Source: Nemertoderma westbladi (Eukaryota > Animalia > Xenacoelomorpha). Taken from it: 55,058 nucleotides of DNA. A model generated the notes under the pieces. The model searched no databases. It was not told the origin of the DNA and was given only the letters and a program-made list of their open reading frames with translations. Position 1 is the stretch's first letter. Every line of letters starts with the position of its first letter. The stretch lies in NCBI GenBank assembly GCA_032718475.1, contig JAUCBJ010006541.1:1-55058 (forward strand), written 5' to 3'. The position numbers and the translations under genes were made by a program. Below are positions 10,471 through 22,525 of the stretch, one piece after another.

Positions 10471-12429
10471 TTAATTTATATTTGGAATATACGTGGTATT
10501 TGTTGCCCTAACAATGGCAGTACACTGCAGAAACTGCAGCACTGTAGCGGGTGTAGTTCATCTCCACTGCCCTTTTCTTAAGCATGTTTATTTAGGTAAT
10601 ACTCTAGTTAGAACTTAACTGTTCTTCTGTAGCAGTTTGTGGTACTGGCATATCCTTTTTTAAATAATTCTGATGTGACCGCCAATACATTTAAATTTTA
10701 AACTCAACCCGCCTAAGAAGAATAATAAATAAAAGAAGATAAGGAATTGATTTTTCTCCAGCTCCAGTATAGGCCCTACCAAAGTTATTATGTGCAACTA
10801 TATTACAATAATGCATTGATATATGATATATTAACTTGCATAGGCCTGGGGCTACTTATGTACTCTATCTCACGGTTGTTCACAGATGTTATCTTTTATA
10901 TTACAGTAATATAGGCGGGAGGGATAGGCAACTATATATCACACTTCATTCTACAGTAGTGTTGCTCACGCCTCAGAGCTGCAGGATCAATTCAATACAA
11001 TTAAATTATTATTATTACAACATTGTCACACATTTTCATTAAATAACTGTAATCTGCAATCCTGTTGCCTTACCGGTATTGATGATATTTCTCAGAGCTT
11101 TGTTTATTTGGTCAAAGCGGTGTTAAACGCACAGTTTTCCAGTTTAGAAATAATATTACTATAAATTGCGGTGTATCATCTCTTTAATTAATTAATATAG
11201 TATATTTCGTTTCTACTGCCTAAAAAGTTAGGCGGTCGCGGTAGATAATACTGCTTCGAGCGTTTATTATTAATAAGTTTCATACTTATAAACAGTACCG
11301 GGTCTTTTAAGGAAACAGTATGGTACCTCTCTTGGCTTGGATGAAAAATACGTGTTCCGAAATTTACTAGGTTATCAAATATATGGTTGGTCTGAAGTAG
11401 AAAAGTTTAAAGACACTTTATCCCGTCATGATTAAACAAGGTGTGATGGTAACACTGTCAGCGCATGGGCACCAAATCCCGCAATGACTAACTTAAATGT
11501 TAATTTGTGTGCGATCAAAAATGCGACGCAAAACTACTGAGCTCACGAACAACACAAAGTGTATCTATGAACGAGACTTAGTCTTTGGCTGTAACAACAT
11601 GAACCAAGATACTAGCTCGACAGGTGTGTGAGTTTCATTTATCTCTTTGATAAATCTTTTAACAATAATTATTATTGGACTACCTGTTCAGTGTGTGTGT
11701 GTATCGATTGTCATTAACTTGGTCTAATAAAAAAACTATGGGAAGCATTAGCAAATCTTACCGCGATGTAATGAGTATTGTGAATGCTAATTATTATTTA
11801 TTGTACAGTATGGTAGCAATGAATATTTGTAAGTTTAAAACCATGGGATTGTTAAGCATAGCGCGAGATCGATATATTCAATGAGCAATAATCAATCAAT
11901 ATGAGCTTTACATGCAAAACTACAGGAAATATTCCAGGGAATGGATTCCAACGTATGTGTGGTAGAATAAATGAATGGGGGTGTTACTCTTACAGTAGCA
12001 CAACCAAATGATTGTTTGTATACAAACATTTAATTAATTGTTGATGTACGCGTTGAAATGTAACAGCTTTCATTCGGTAACGGCTAGTGTTCGGGAGATT
12101 TGTTGCATACTGCATAGGATAGTTATTACAATACAATATATTTTTATGAGGCGATCAAATATTTATGATTATAGTATATTATTATTTCATTAAATATCAA
12201 CACATAATTTCATTCATTAAATAATATTTTCATTAATTAATATACCATAATAAAGAAGATATATTTATATTTGATCAATTAAATTTAATAATAGAATGTA
12301 ATAAAATTAATTCAAATTTAAACACTTTGTAATCATATGATATTATATTAAAATTGAATTATATTATATTATTATGACATGTATTTGGTGATACTTTCAT
12401 TCCCAATTGGCGATCATTATATCCGATAT

Positions 12430-13750
12430 GATTGTAGCTGATGTGACACAATCTGTACTAATAATGAGACCAGCCTCCGTGTAGTTATTACAAATACATT
12501 GTAAATAAAGATGATACTGTAAACAAAGACTGTTTAGTTGGAGGATATTTACATACTGGCGTCAAATTCACCATCAATGCAAAAATGGGAAAAACTCTAC
12601 TTGTGGCATTGTTTGTGGTCTGGGCAACATGTGTATCGTCACAAATACCCCAAGGAGGGCAATTTCATTTCATACCGGCGTTCAAAGATTCCCTGCCTGA
12701 ATATACCAAATTTAATATTGGCTTCAACTACAGGTGAGTCTATTGTAAATAACTTTTTAATAAATTCAGTTAAATTTACTAAATTTAAATTTAATAAAGT
12801 TAATAAATTCATGCTTGCAGGTATGCCAACCATCACCATAAAAGTCATATCTACTACAGACACATTACATTGCTTTTCTTGTTTTGTACGTGATTGCGTC
12901 AACCATCCGGTGTGTAATTTATAAAACTCTAAAACTCGAATTTTATTGTAATAAAATTCAAGTTTTAGAGTTTTATAATTTACACACCGGATGGTTGACG
13001 CTATCACGTACAAAAAAAATTGTTAGGAAAAGCAATCGAGATCAACAAGTTTCATCGAAAATATCAATAGAGTTTTAGGTTACCATTCTTGGGAACTGGT
13101 AACCAAAATTTGTTTTCATTTCTTGTGGGTTCTCTTTGTTCTGTATAGCACTCTGGTATTTTAAAGACCTCAGAGGCTTTATATAGATAACTTCCATTGT
13201 TAAGGGTTCAGGGTTTAATATGAATCCCTTTATTATTTCTGTGGCAGAATTATCTCTGCTTTGCTGTTTGACTGTAGTGGGCCCAACAACGGTTAACAGA
13301 GAATGTTATTATTGCACCAGTGATATTAGCTGTGATTGGACTTACCATTAGTAAACTGTTTATTGGTAGTATTCTGAGTGATTTACTCTTCAACTGAATA
13401 TTGACTTTACCAACCAACCGAAGTATGAGTAATACTGGTTTCGGTGGATTTATTTGTCTTTGCAAACAATTATACTGTAAACGTCCTATATTGTTTGAAT
13501 CTTGGAAAAGTGAGAATCGATTTAATTTGAAACCTACCTGCGAAGGCTCCAAAACTAGTCTACATTGACAAATACCCGTCCCATATACACAATAACGTTA
13601 GCTTTTTGTAGCTTTATCCAGGCCTCATGGTACACATTATAACACATCCGTCCTCCACGTGTAACGGCAGTATTGGCGCACATGTGAGGACCATTTAATG
13701 GTACAACGTCAGGAACCCTGTGTTCTTTATGTACCATACGGTTGTATGTA
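12430..13750 (-). mobile_element. Highly decayed RTE LINE (endonuclease plus RT remnants; boundaries approximate)
   Basis: The minus strand has HKEHRV (QEHR-like) and CCAGTTCCCAAGAATGGTAACCT (PVPK.GNL, near-identical to 50368-50390). It also has KFGIFRQGIF (FVDFxKAF-like) and IDGEFD (PDGETE-like). There are many stops and frameshifts. Confidence 0.55.
12882..13015. mobile_element. 134-bp almost perfect palindrome (hairpin MITE) inserted in the decayed RTE
   Basis: TTTTGTACGTGATTGCGTCAACCATCCGGTGTGTAATTTATAAAACTCTAAAACTCGAATTTTATT is mirrored on the right with about 3 mismatches and essentially no loop. This produces the mirror-image ORFs starting at 12884(+) and 13013(-). Confidence 0.8.
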
Positions 13751-15359
13751 TGTTTATGTACAATACATGTTTTACGTGAACAACATCTATCCCATTGGCA
13801 AAACCATATAAAAAATCAGCATACCTAACAGGACGGTTTGTAATTGAATTACTGTATGTTTTCAGCAATCTCAACCACGAATTCATTATGGAGGTAACTA
13901 GTAGCAATGAGGACATTGTAATAATCGAGGGTAATGCCACCTTCAGACTACCATTGAATCCATCTTGGAGCCGTCTGGACACGATTAATCTCACCACTGG
14001 TCGATTAGGTAAGTTACTTATCATAAACTTTGTGATTTAGTCCACCATAACCTACTGTACACTGTACAAAGTAACATTACCATCAGACTTGTCTGGTCAA
14101 GTGTATGATAATGGTAACGTATGTTATTTTTTTGGGTTTCTTTATAACTCCTGCTTATATAGGTTTCCTCTAGGGATACATCACATTTGTAACTTGAGTA
14201 ATGTGACATCATTATAAATTGAAACACTTACACACAGTAAGGCTTCTTCTAGCTTCTTAACAAATAATAATTTGAAATATTGGTTACGTGTATGATACAC
14301 GTTCGTGTGACCTTCGCGCAGCATGAGACTGCATATGTACCAATTTTGGAATAATTTAATCTGTGATTGACCGACTTATTTCGGTTTTTATTATTTCGGC
14401 TCTTTCATTTAAAGTGGATACTAAGCGAATCTGAGGTGGTCACAATAAAAACTCCTGTATAGCCCCGCTCTATTGTAATACGCTGACACTGTAACCATGG
14501 GAGCGAACTTCATATATGCCTACACGATATCTTCCTCTTCCAGCATTCTCTGGTATTAGTAAGTAAGAAGGCAAAACAATTTCATATAAGAGGGTTATCA
14601 AGGAAATTATTGACAACCTGGCAATATGCAGACTGCCGGAGAAAAAGAGTGTAGGAACATATTTATGATTGCCGATGACTCTCCCTGCAGTTGCACTATG
14701 TACTGTTTATATGTAAAACAGGTCTCGCTTTGCTATAATATAGTAACCTCAGTTATTAATTTAACAGTTTCATAACCTCCTAAAGATGAATGTGAGTTCA
14801 ATGACTCGTTGAGGTATCAGATGCACACAAGGAACTGTAAATCGATATTTTATATTATTAAAATAGAATCTGTGGCATCTTCATAATGAATTATTTACGT
14901 GGCTTTCCTTGAGATGAGAAATTTACTCCAGCTGTGCATCAGAATTATTGGAGTACGTTATATACATGTTATATACCAAAACTCGTTATATATTTTATTG
15001 GAAAAATTAATTAGAATGCTCAATAAACCAAAGTTACGCTTCTATTACGAGTTAGGAGAGTTTCCCACACCATATGGAATGCGTGATATTATTCGAAAAT
15101 AATTTCTTCAGTGAAAGAGATAGTTCTAATTTTTTTTAAATAAATTTAAGAATTAATACCTAATATCTTATTATTTGCCCAATATGCCCTTTTTTAGTCC
15201 CTAGAATCAGTGTCCCATTTCCCGTTCCCTAAGTGGCTCCAGCTCATCTAGTCTGTTATATATAATGTCCTATTATCCCGCCGCCCTATTATCACTTTTG
15301 GGGGGATCAAAATTCCTCAGAACTTTCTACCGCCGATCTTTGATCCAATCTCGAACAGC

Positions 15360-15427
15360 GGTTCTACTGGAGGTTCTACTGGAGGTTCTACTGGAGGTTC
15401 TACTGGAGGTTCTACTGTAGGTTCTAC
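15360..15427. repeat. 12-bp tandem repeat (GGTTCTACTGGA), about 5.5 copies
   Basis: Directly visible. Confidence 0.9.
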
Positions 15428-16031
15428 ACCCTTATATATCACTCTATGTTAGGAGGGAACTACATGTTAATAAATATTCAGCTCGAATTGCTGCCAGATT
15501 ATCCATAAACTGTCCGTTGACGACACATCCCTGCTCAATTATTCCACTTCTATCGAACAGACAGTCTTTAAGTTGCACCTCTTATCACCTGCTTATCAGT
15601 GATTCTACCGGACTTACGTGATCTAGATTGAAACAGGAGGTAATTTAAAAATATATTATTCAGGTCGAGGTCAGCAGCGGGAGTTTTTTTTAAATATCTA
15701 AATAAATTGGAGTTTGGCTCTATTAAAGGCCCCATTATTTATGTTTCATTATTATATATTTACTATATTTATTATATTTATTATATATATATATTATATA
15801 TATATCATTATATTACTAAAATTATATACCACCTCAATACCAATCTATTTATTTATATTTTAGGAATGTAGGGTTGTTAGCATAGCAGCGAGCCAAGAAC
15901 CTCCAAAGCAATGAAGTTTGGTTTGCGTGCAACGTGCTGACTGTTTAAAGACTACCGGTACTTTTTACGATCAACATCTACTTACTTATATTCTATCATT
16001 GAATCTATTTTTATTCACTGTGTTTCAACAG

Positions 16032-16172
16032 GACGCGCAGATGTTTTGTTTTCCTTCCGGAGGTTGGATAATGAACCATTGCATGGTCACGAGATTCCAA
16101 ATGTCGACAATTATGGTGTCGTTGTCATAAGATATCTCTCCACAATAGATGAGATGTTCATATTTACCACAG
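16032..16172 (+). CDS. SLC10-like exon (lumenal region into TM1; the acceptor could lie further 5')
   Basis: CAG|GA CGC...ACC ACA G|GTAACC. Peptide GRADVLFSFRRL...NYGVVVIRYLSTIDEMFIFTT. Confidence 0.65.
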
Positions 16173-16552
16173 GTAACCATAGTTACACAATTATGATATG
16201 ATATGCTCTCATTCACTCTTGTGTTATGATGGATTTGTATATTTAATATCTTCTTTACATTTAATTTAATTAAGTAGCTGTATTAATAGTGCCGTAGACT
16301 TATTTTAAAATTAGACGACAATTTAGCGTCTTTGTATTTTCGCCATATTTATTTCATTTAAGACTAACATGACTTTAAACTGAACTGCGTGCATTGAACT
16401 GAAGTTATATTCACAATACTTAATAATAACTATAATTGTAACTATAACTATAAGAGCTTATAGTTGTTTCACATAAGAAATGGGACTGTATATATTGCTT
16501 ATAGTTTTTACTGACATAAAGATCGTCTTAATCAAATATTATTTACCTAAGA

Positions 16553-17191
16553 TATATACCCCATATATACCCCATATCTACCCCGTATATACCCCATATA
16601 TACCCCATATATACCCCATATATACCCCGTATATACCCCATATATACCCCATATATACCCTGTATATAACCCATATATACCCCATATATACCCCGTATAT
16701 AACCCATATATACCCCATATATACCCCATACATACCCCGTATATACCCCATATATACCCCATATATACCCCATATATACCCCATATATACCCCGTATATA
16801 CCCCATATATACCCCATATATACCCCGTATATAACCCATATATACCCCATATATACCCCGTATATACCCCGTATATACCCCGTATATACCCCCTATATAC
16901 CCCATATATACCCCATATATAACCCATATATACCCCATATATACCCCATATATACCCCATATATACCCCATATATACCCCATATATACCCCGTATATACC
17001 CCATATATACCCCGTATATACCCCATATATACCCCATATATACCCCATATATACCACATATATACCCCATATATACCCATATATACCCCATATATACCCC
17101 ATATATACCCATATATACCCCATGTATACCCCGTATATACCCCATATATACCCCATATATACCCCATATATACCCCATATATACCCCATAT
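16553..17191. repeat. 11-bp minisatellite (TATACCCCATA), about 58 copies, intronic
   Basis: Directly visible. It is the source of the YPIYTPYIPH / GYIWGIYGVY artefact ORFs. Confidence 0.95.
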
Positions 17192-17726
17192 AACGTACAA
17201 TTTAATACAGCTTAGATTATATTTCCTTACAATATTTTAGAAGTCCTTGGTCTTACCATAATATGTTTATCTATTATCCTACCTCTACCATTTTACCTAT
17301 AATACTCTCAATATTGTATACAGTCATTATTTTAACTAGATTTGTGCCATTATAATATTTTTGAACTCCTTGGTCTTACCATTTTACCATCTTTTTTATT
17401 TTTATTTACCACATGTTCTTCTATAAGTCCTACCATTTTACATGTAATAGCCTCCATGTTGTATACACACATCTTTAACTGGAATTTGCAACTATATTAT
17501 TCTAGAACAACCATATTTATCCCTATCATTTTACCAATAATAGCCACCGGGGCGTAATCCGGGATGAATGAAATGAAATGAATTTGTAAATTTATTGTAA
17601 ATAATATCTGATTTTGACATATTACTGTATTATCATATTATTAAGTCAAGAACATTAAATAATATCAATCTCTTTGAAATCATGGCAACGCCATATAAAA
17701 TGATTATGATGATATTTTATGTGCAG

Positions 17727-17854
17727 TTACTATGGTAATGGTATCAAACATTATGATGGGAGCCGAGGTCAACTTATCTCTTTTACAAGCTTTAACAAAG
17801 AAACCTGCCGGAATCGGGGCTTGTCAAGTAGCACAGTTTGTTTTAATGCCTTTG
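17727..17854 (+). CDS. SLC10-like exon
   Basis: TGCAG|TT ACT ATG...CCT TTG|GTTAGT. Peptide VTMVMVSNIMMGAEVNLSLLQALTKKPAGIGACQVAQFVLMPL. Confidence 0.9.
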
Positions 17855-18006
17855 GTTAGTTTAATGTCTTTGGTTAGTCTTTTAAGTTATTTTCATTTAG
17901 TCTATTCGTGATAATAATATTTCATGTTAAAAAAATAATTTTATGCAACGCAGAATAAATACTGTATGGCAGTATAATGTTGTAATTAATTGAATAATGT
18001 TTATAG

Positions 18007-18166
18007 ATTGCCTTTGTGCTCGGACAGTTGTTCAGTCTTTCTAACAATGCTATATTATATCTCTTACTGGTTGGATGTTGTCCTGGCGGCGGTATATCGA
18101 ACATGGTTGCATTCGTAATGGATGGAGAAGTCACTCTATCAATTGTTACTACCTTTATGAGCACAG
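18007..18166 (+). CDS. SLC10-like exon (Na+-site crossover motif)
   Basis: TATAG|ATT GCC...AGC ACA G|GTTTGT. Peptide IAFVLGQLFSLSNNAILYLLLVGCCPGGGISNMVAFVMDGEVTLSIVTTFMST. Confidence 0.92.
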
Positions 18167-18655
18167 GTTTGTAAAGTAAAGCACAGGTTTGTAAAGTAAA
18201 GCACAGGTGTGTAAAGTAAAGCACAGGTGTGTAAAGTAAAGCACAGGTGTGTAAAGTAAAGCACAGGTGTGTAAAGTAAAGCACGGGTGTGTAAAATGAA
18301 GCACACGAGTGTAAAGTGAAGCACAGGTGTGTAAAGTAAAGCACAGGTGTGCAAAGTAAAGAACAGGTGTGTAAAGTAAAGCTCAGGTGTGTAAAGTAAA
18401 GCACTGGTGTGTAAAGTGAGCACACGAGTGTAAAGTGAAGCACATGTGTGTAGAGTAAAGCACAGGTGTACAAAGTAAAGCACAGGTGAGTAAAGTAAAG
18501 CTCGGGTGTGTAAAGTAAAGCACATGTGTGTAAAGTAAAACGCATGTGTGTAAAGTAAAGCACAGGTGTGTAAAGTAAATCACATGTGTGTAAAGTAAAG
18601 CACAGGTGTGTAAAGTAAATTACATGTGTATAAAATAAAGAACAGGTGTGTAAAT
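18161..18655. repeat. 20-bp minisatellite (GCACAG|GTGTGTAAAGTAAA), about 25 copies, beginning at the exon-intron junction
   Basis: Directly visible. The first unit includes the last 6 exon nucleotides and the splice donor. Confidence 0.95.
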
Positions 18656-19455
18656 CTGTAATAGTATGAAAGGGAGGAGTGGGTTCACCATTTTCTTTGT
18701 ACTCTTCGATTTCTTACACTCATATCAAAGTCCGAGGTTTGGTCTATAATTTGGATTGTGGATACCAAAGATATTATTCTAGACGTTTGACTCAGAAAAT
18801 CAGAAACTTTTCATTTTTCGTTGTTTAATATTATGTAATACTAAAGTTAACATACAAGTAAGTTTGAAACCGTAAAGCTTTCAAAGTTTTGACCCTAATA
18901 ACATGAAAGTATTTCATATAATAATTTCATTATTAATTTCATATTATAATACATTATTATCTATCACACAAATTTTTGGAAGATTGATTTATGAAAATTT
19001 TGGTGTCCGAAATATTTTCAGTTTGCGTTATATTCAGTAATAGTAGTTTCAATAAGTCTCACTATGCTACCACATACTAGCTACTAATCTATGGGTGATA
19101 AGCGTCGTACATCACACCTGCTTCTCCCACTACAACATTAATAGAGGACTACCTTCATAGGAGACATGGTGGGAGGCCTGTCCTTGTCATTAATTACATT
19201 TTACATCGTACTTTAAAACTAATCTCATTTGCTAGAAGTTAAATCTAACTGAAAAAAGACAGTTTCCCAGTAGGTTTGATAGGAGTATTATGCTAGGATA
19301 AGTCATATTTCGTCGTCATAACCGTACTAATTAAATAAAATGGAGATGAGCTGTAGTAATACCACATAAGTATAATAATAATACCTTAATTAACATCCCC
19401 TCAGTATAATAATGACAGATATTGTCAAGGTTATAAGTATATTTCTACTATTTAG

Positions 19456-19577
19456 TTATAGCGATGGGTATGATGCCATTAAACGCGTTCACTTACTCAC
19501 ACTTTATTGGGCCGGTAACTAATTACAAAAGCTCATCGACAGTGGAGGTACCTTACTCAGATATGGTAATCATGTTG
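19456..19577 (+). CDS. SLC10-like exon
   Basis: TTTAG|TT ATA GCG...ATG TTG|GTAAGT. Peptide VIAMGMMPLNAFTYSHFIG...VEVPYSDMVIML. Confidence 0.9.
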
Positions 19578-20080
19578 GTAAGTAAATATAGTTCGTTTTA
19601 TGATTTTCCGGTTCATTTTAATTAGCTGTTCCGGTTGGGATAATATAGACCGAAGCACTGCTGTTATTTATTTGGTTTATATCAAACTGTCGGAAACTTC
19701 ATATGGCTTGTTGCTACTGTAGTTATGACTTACGTTTAGTTTTGGTGGGTCTCTCTGTCACAGAAGATTTCCATGCGAGAAGAACTCAGTTATCACGATA
19801 CCCATCTTGGGTTGTTTGGCATTGATAGACAGACCCTCTCGATGGCAGATGGGACGGGGGGCTCTTGGAGTAATCAAAATTGATCCCCCTCCAGGTGAAA
19901 ATCGACTGGAAATCCTCAAATAAACATACCGCATTTCAATATCAATTTAATGATTTCACCTCTTGACGTGTGCTGTTATCATTATACTAAGCGTTAACCA
20001 AATCATCGATACTAAATCATAGGTCTTTATGAAACATAAACAATTATTGATAAATAACTCTCAAAATGATATTCGTCCAG

Positions 20081-20286
20081 GTGAAGCTAACCCTACCTGT
20101 TCTCTGTGGGATGCTGGTTCGCTACTTCTTTCCGTCTTCCAGTCCCAAGTTACAACGTCGATTTCGGTTGGTTACCATGGCAACTATTTGCCTAGCAACG
20201 ATATCATCAATCTACACCAACCGGTACATATTGAATCTCGTAACGCCTAGAATGCTAGCAGCTGCTGCTTGTCTACCAGCTGTGGG
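20081..20286 (+). CDS. SLC10-like exon
   Basis: TCCAG|GTG AAG...GTG GG|GTATGT. Peptide VKLTLPVLCGMLVRYFFP...MLAAAACLPAVG. Confidence 0.88.
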
Positions 20287-20846
20287 GTATGTAATACTAA
20301 AATATCTAAACACTAAACTTTAATCAAATTACTAACCTATCAACATTAAAGCAGTAACCATCGACCAGTAATATCGACCTATGTGTCTGTTCATTTGTCG
20401 TTATGATGTTCTGTTGTTCTGTTGCGTCCAATATTTAAACGTTAATCGTACCAACCCATTCAATTATAGTTTTTAATTAGTTAAAGTGACTTTTTTTTAA
20501 TTGTTCTAAACATTATTTAATGAAAACGCACAGTAATAACAGTTATTACCGAACTAAATGCGATTTAAAGAGTGGTTTTGAATTAGTTATTATATAAATT
20601 TTGGGCTGAAATTTTACACAAACAGCTAACATGTAGGATTAATTTTGGGGAGTAAACTCTATGCTTACACATCTATACCTACTTGTGGCAGGTTAGTAGT
20701 AAAGGAACAGGTTACAGATGCGGGTTGAAAGTAATCAAAACAATAAACTAGAGTTACGATAATTTTATAAAACTGACATTAATTGAGATCAACAGCTTGA
20801 TAATCAGCAGTCAGATGTACATGCCTACCGGCTTATGGTACATGAA

Positions 20847-21916
20847 CTACTACTATTAGGATCGCCATGCTGCATTGCAGCTGCATTTTTAAGAATGCTG
20901 TGCCGGTTTGTTAACAAAATTGCACCGCCACAACTCCCTATCACCCATGACATTTGCTAGATCATCCGCATCTTTAAGGCCAGTGTCCTTTAAGATGCGT
21001 CTCAAGAAAGTCATGGGCTGTCCACCATGCTTATTCACTCCATGAGGCTGCCAAAGTACAAGATTATGCACTGGCTGGTCCTCACGGCGAAAGCAATGTC
21101 CTGCAAAGCAGAGGCGATTTTGTTCTAGTGTCAAGCTTGGGGGAACCAATGAGACACCTCCAATGTTACATAGTGTCTGGTTGGAGATGTGTGCATTGTA
21201 CTTGACACAATGAACCCGGCGTAGCATTCTTGTGAATGTGCCATCCAGAGATTTGGTGTCCTCAGCATTTAGAGCCCAGCATGGACTCCCATAGAGGAGT
21301 ACTGGAACTACTGCTGCTCTAAATAATCGGACCTTAAGTTTCCGATTAATTCTCGATGACTTCCAAATCCTCGAAATCATATTCAAGGATGCCCATGCCT
21401 TTCCCTTACGTATTCGAAGTTCCTCACCTGACTTTCGGATCCATGATCCCAGGTAACAGAAGTCGTCCGCATGCTCAAGCATACCATCCTTTGAGCTTAT
21501 GCTCATCCGATCAGAGACTTGCAAAGGACTTTCAAAGTTAACTGTCAAAATTTTGGTCTTTCTGGAGTTAATAAAAAGACCAACACTAGAAGCAGCATGT
21601 TCTAATGCGCTGAGGAGGATTCTGAGAGTACTCCTAAATCATCAGCAAAGTCTAGATCAGTTAGGTACTTGGCAGGATTTCCTCGACTTCTGGAGACAGT
21701 AGATGGAGTTATCATCACCCCATCATCATTATGATGATCTAAGGACATGCGTAGAAAATAGTCAACAACAATTATGAACAAGAATGGTGCAAGTTTGTCT
21801 CCCTGGAGGACGCCCCATAACACTTCAAATGGTTCTGTGTCACCGTCAACAGTAGACACAAATGTTTTCGAACCATCGTATACTGATCTGATTGCTGCAA
21901 TAATTTTATCGAACAC
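20847..21916 (-). mobile_element. 5'-truncated RTE LINE family B with 12-bp target-site duplication
   Basis: RT motifs GVLQGD.LAPFLF, DLDFADD and YLGSWI, with a frameshift near 21600 and a (TAG)n tail. Flanked by ATGGTACATGAA at 20835-20846 and 21917-21928. Confidence 0.95.
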
Positions 21917-21932
21917 ATGGTACATGAAAGTA

Positions 21933-22020
21933 TAGGCGTTGGTGTAGGCTTAGGTGTAGGTGTAGGCGTAGGTGTAGGTGTAGGCGTAGGTGTAGGCGTA
22001 GGTGTAGGTGTAGGCATAGC
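21933..22020. repeat. Hexanucleotide microsatellite (GGYGTA)n
   Basis: Directly visible. It is the source of the PTPTPT artefact ORF. Confidence 0.9.
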
Positions 22021-22127
22021 GTTTATCCCCATTAAATTTTACATTTCTTAATAATTTTATTATAATTGTGGAAAAAAAACTTTTTATTGGGGGAATTACA
22101 CGATTGTCGATTTTTAAATTATTACAG

Positions 22128-22293
22128 GTTTATGTTGGGTATCGCATTGGCACTGATAGGACGCCAACGTTTATCAGCTGTACGGACTATTGCTCTTGAA
22201 GTTGGACTACAAAACGCAATTATAGTAACGATATTAATAACTCGAACCCAAGATAACCCTGAGCGAGACCTTGAAACAGTGCTTCCAAAAACA
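22128..22293 (+). CDS. SLC10-like exon (ExGxQN signature)
   Basis: TACAG|G TTT ATG...AAA ACA|GTAAGT. Peptide FMLGIALALIGRQRLSAVRTIALEVGLQNAIIVTILIT. Confidence 0.93.
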
Positions 22294-22464
22294 GTAAGTA
22301 AAGCATTCCGTGTCAATACTTCGAATTGGTCAACACTTAGAAATGTTATTTGCCCATGTAAAAAAACTTCGAAATAAATGAAATTAATAAAGTTGAAAAC
22401 GAACTTTTTAAACAATTTTGTTATCATTTAATATTTTTATAACCAGCGAAATATCTATATTTCA

Positions 22465-22525
22465 TACTACTACTACTATAATCGGCCTGCTACATTGAAA
22501 CTGCACATTGAGATGCTATGCCAGG
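22465..22525 (-). mobile_element. Short diverged 3'-end stub related to RTE family B
   Basis: TACTACTACTACTATAATCGGCCTGCTACATTGAAACTGCAC..GATGCTATGCC resembles 20847-20905. Confidence 0.55.

Noticed and set aside
16480-17200. Long Tyr/Pro/Gly-rich ORFs on both strands
   Set aside because: Artefacts of an 11-bp minisatellite inside an SLC10 intron.
17922-18583. Minus-strand ORFs with HLCFTLHTCALLYT repeats
   Set aside because: They are the antisense reading of the 20-bp donor array and of the real SLC10 exon.
19022-19215. Possible SLC10 exon after TTTTCAG (FALYSVIVV...FIGDMVGG)
   Set aside because: It contains in-frame stops, and the expected PGG/GD segment is already supplied by exon 18007-18166.
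20023-20080. Apparent frameshift at the start of the 20066 ORF
   Set aside because: Resolved by the acceptor at 20080, which joins the previous exon in phase and restores the VPY..L..L.LP motif spacing.
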